Virus record (IMG/VR): IMGVR_UViG_3300012206_000008
Coordinates: 1 to 58,998 of that record
Direction: 5' to 3' (one strand)
Origin: a virus
Lineage: Duplodnaviria > Caudoviricetes
Length of the DNA stretch: 58,998 nucleotides
In this document: one piece after another, positions 56,599-58,998 of the stretch
How the letters are laid out: every line of letters starts with the position of its first letter
How positions within the stretch are numbered: the first letter of the stretch is position 1
Notes under the pieces: generated by a model
Seen by the model: the letters and a program-made list of their open reading frames with translations, nothing else
Databases searched by the model: none
What the model was told of the DNA's origin: nothing
Made by a program: the position numbers and the translations under genes

Positions 56599-58998
56599 AT
56601 TTCTATCACAGCAGCGCAACTTGTGGGAAAAGTGAGTATCGAGGGCGCGGATGAAGGGCAGACTAGCCTCAAAAATGTCGGACAGGCCGCCGATACGCTC
56701 GGCCAAAAGCTTGAGAGCGTCAAGCCCTTTGATGCTAGCAAAACGATAACGGATGTTGACGTAGCCGAAGCCAGGTTTACGCTTCTCCAAGAGAAGGTCA
56801 AACAGGCACAACAAGCCTTGCAAGAGATGCAAGATGCATCAGCACGTGGCGAGAAGGTGGAAGGCATCGAAAGCGCAGAGGCCAACCTGACCATCTTGCA
56901 AGCCAAAGCCCAAGAAGCGGGCGCGGCTATGTATGATTTATCCATCTCTGAATTAGCGGCAGACACGGCAGCAAAAGAGACGGCCTCTGCATCAGACCAA
57001 TTAGCATCACAAGAGAAAAAGGCTGGTGATGCTGCTCAGCAAAGTTCCGGCCAACATGAATCACTCGCGCGAAAGTTGCTCACCATTGGCTCTCAAATGG
57101 GGCAAACTATTTTCGGCTTCCAACAACTCTACCAGGGTGCAGTTGGCTTTGGGCAAGCCCTGCTTGGGCCAAATGCGGCTATGGAGCAAACCACCGTTGC
57201 CTTTGAGACGCTCTTGGGCAAGGGCAAAGCCACACAAGACTTCCTCAAACAAATGCAACAATTTGCGGCGGCGACTCCTTTCACCTTCCCTGAAGTGGCG
57301 ACCTCCGCTCAGCATATGCTCGCCTTTGGTTTCTCCGCCAAGCAAGTCTTGCCTTATCTCACCAATATTGGCGATGCCATGTCGGCCATGGGCAAAGGCT
57401 CAGCCAATATTGACCACATTGTCGAAGTATTCGGGCAAATGCACGCGGCGGGCAAGCTCAATGCTGGCGACATGATGCAACTTGCCTCTGAGGGTATCCC
57501 AGCATGGAAGTTCTTAGCCGATGCGATGGGCAAAACCGTTCCTGAAGTCCAGAAACTTTCCTCACAAGGTCTCATTCCTGCTGATAAGGCTATACAGGCT
57601 GTCTCCGATGGCATGCATAAGATGTTTGGTGGTGGGATGCAAGCTCAGGCGACGACCTTCAATGGCTTACTCTCTACCTTCCAGGATAACATTGGTATGG
57701 CGATGCGAGCCTTTACGGGGCCTCTCTTTGATATGGCAAAGAAGGGGCTAGAGACGCTAGGAAACCTGGTGTCCTCTCCGGCTTTCCAGCACTTTGCTAC
57801 CCAGATGGGGCAAAACGTTGGCAAGGTGCTTCTCAATGTAGGGGATATGCTCGTGAAGTATCTTCCCTCCTGGAAACAATTGGGAGACTTTTTCACCGTT
57901 GCCACATCCAAGGGCGGCATTCTTCAGGTAGGCATGCATGACCTGGGAGATATTCTCTCCAAAGTGATGAGTACGGTTACGACGCTCAGTGATGACCTCT
58001 GGAAGTTCGGTACCGGTATCCTTGACGCCGCGAACAAAAGTGGTGCCATTCAATCTGTCCTTAAAACCATTCATGATATTTTGCCCGATGTCGCCACGTT
58101 TTTTACTCGCGCTGGTGATGACCTCAATCAGAACTTGCTCCCACCTCTTGAGAAGCTGATTACCAATGTTGGCACCTCCATCAAAAACTTCGCGGACTGG
58201 TTGGATAAAAGCGGCATTCTTAAAACGGCTCTGAGCGACTTAGGTGACGCCACCAATACCCTTTCAGGCTATGCAGGGACATTAGTCGGGTGGGTCGCTG
58301 ACCTCGTGGGGTATTTCAACGACAATGCGCCAGCCGCCGAGGCTCTCAAAGCGGCTCTTTTGGGTGTTGGGTCGGCCATTGTGGCGATGAAAATTGTGGA
58401 TTTCGTGAATAACATCATTGATATGGGCAAGAACATTGTCGATGCTGCGGGAAAGTTTCTTGAGTTTGCCGGAGACATCAAGCAACAGGTGATGGATGCT
58501 CTGCATACGTTCTCGAACAAGGGACTCACTGAAGTCCAGGACGCACTTGGGAAAACGAGAGAGTCTTCAGAGGCGACCAAAGGCTCATTTGAGACGCTGG
58601 GTCCAGCCGCTCAAACGAGTGCGGGTGAAGTGGATATGGCCTCGGCGGATATGGAAAAAGACATGAAGGGTATTGGAGCCTCGGCGGATGGAGCGACCGC
58701 ACAAATTGAGACCATTGGGCCTGCGGCAATGACGGCTAAAGGCGAAGCGGATGCCGCGACGGCGGGAATTGAGGGTGATGCGGCGGCAGCCAAAACCAGC
58801 CTGGACACGGTAGGGCCATCGGCGATGATTGCCAAAGGGGAATCCGATGTGGCTATGGCAGGAGTCGAGGCGGATGCAGCGGCAGCCAAAGTGAGCATTG
58901 GCGGTCTCACCACTATGCTCGGCGGCCTGCTCTCTCTCATCAATATCGGGGAAAGCACCATTAAACAGGACCGCATGACGCCTGACCAGATTAAGCAA
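56599..58998 (+). CDS. Tape measure protein (3' partial)
   Basis: Frame ISITAAQLVGKVSIEG...MEQTTVAFETLLG...FAAATPF...QLASEGIP; appears open to window end; start ATT 56599 or GTG 56590. Confidence 0.88.
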   Translation, partial: MSITAAQLVGKVSIEGADEGQTSLKNVGQAADTLGQKLESVKPFDASKTITDVDVAEARFTLLQEKVKQAQQALQEMQDASARGEKVEGIESAEANLTILQAKAQEAGAAMYDLSISELAADTAAKETASASDQLASQEKKAGDAAQQSSGQHESLARKLLTIGSQMGQTIFGFQQLYQGAVGFGQALLGPNAAMEQTTVAFETLLGKGKATQDFLKQMQQFAAATPFTFPEVATSAQHMLAFGFSAKQVLPYLTNIGDAMSAMGKGSANIDHIVEVFGQMHAAGKLNAGDMMQLASEGIPAWKFLADAMGKTVPEVQKLSSQGLIPADKAIQAVSDGMHKMFGGGMQAQATTFNGLLSTFQDNIGMAMRAFTGPLFDMAKKGLETLGNLVSSPAFQHFATQMGQNVGKVLLNVGDMLVKYLPSWKQLGDFFTVATSKGGILQVGMHDLGDILSKVMSTVTTLSDDLWKFGTGILDAANKSGAIQSVLKTIHDILPDVATFFTRAGDDLNQNLLPPLEKLITNVGTSIKNFADWLDKSGILKTALSDLGDATNTLSGYAGTLVGWVADLVGYFNDNAPAAEALKAALLGVGSAIVAMKIVDFVNNIIDMGKNIVDAAGKFLEFAGDIKQQVMDALHTFSNKGLTEVQDALGKTRESSEATKGSFETLGPAAQTSAGEVDMASADMEKDMKGIGASADGATAQIETIGPAAMTAKGEADAATAGIEGDAAAAKTSLDTVGPSAMIAKGESDVAMAGVEADAAAAKVSIGGLTTMLGGLLSLINIGESTIKQDRMTPDQIKQ

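Noticed and set aside
56505-58998. Minus-strand and short plus-strand ORFs in the track
   Set aside because: Shadows of the tape-measure gene, which the track missed, probably because it has no stop in the window
1-58998. Integrase, tRNA, reverse transcriptase/DGR
   Set aside because: No recognisable motifs or cloverleafs by eye; HMM and tRNAscan runs are needed to confirm absence

Overview
Nearly complete, circularly permuted genome of a long-tailed (siphovirus-type) dsDNA phage, about 50% GC by eye. The host is probably a filamentous Ktedonobacteria/Chloroflexota soil bacterium; this is an inference from protein styles and an IS607-like end, not from a search. Order: distal tail/tailspike (1-3.9 kb); lysis and accessory genes (3.9-11 kb); a leftward operon resembling a Streptomyces-type FtsK/TraB DNA-transfer module (11.2-15.8 kb); a long leftward early region with a C5 methyltransferase, prim-pol/helicase with an internal iteron cluster, dUTPase and HAD phosphatase (18.7-35.3 kb); an embedded rightward island of promoter-driven small RNAs and a stand-alone response regulator (29.3-31.2 kb); a three-operator genetic switch (35.4-35.9 kb); a rightward early region with a Rad52-like recombinase; then terminase, portal, head and tail genes to a tape-measure gene that runs off the window. 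No integrase, tnpA/tnpB, tRNA or CRISPR array was recognised. Most notable: (1) an orphan IS607/TnpB-type omegaRNA scaffold with its own promoter, guide and terminator, whose guide matches for 10 nt a GG-flanked site in its own transcription unit, lying in a tandem array of stem-closed small RNAs; (2) a phage-borne TraB-like transfer operon with a membrane-anchored HNH nuclease. Family assignments come from recalled motifs, not database searches.
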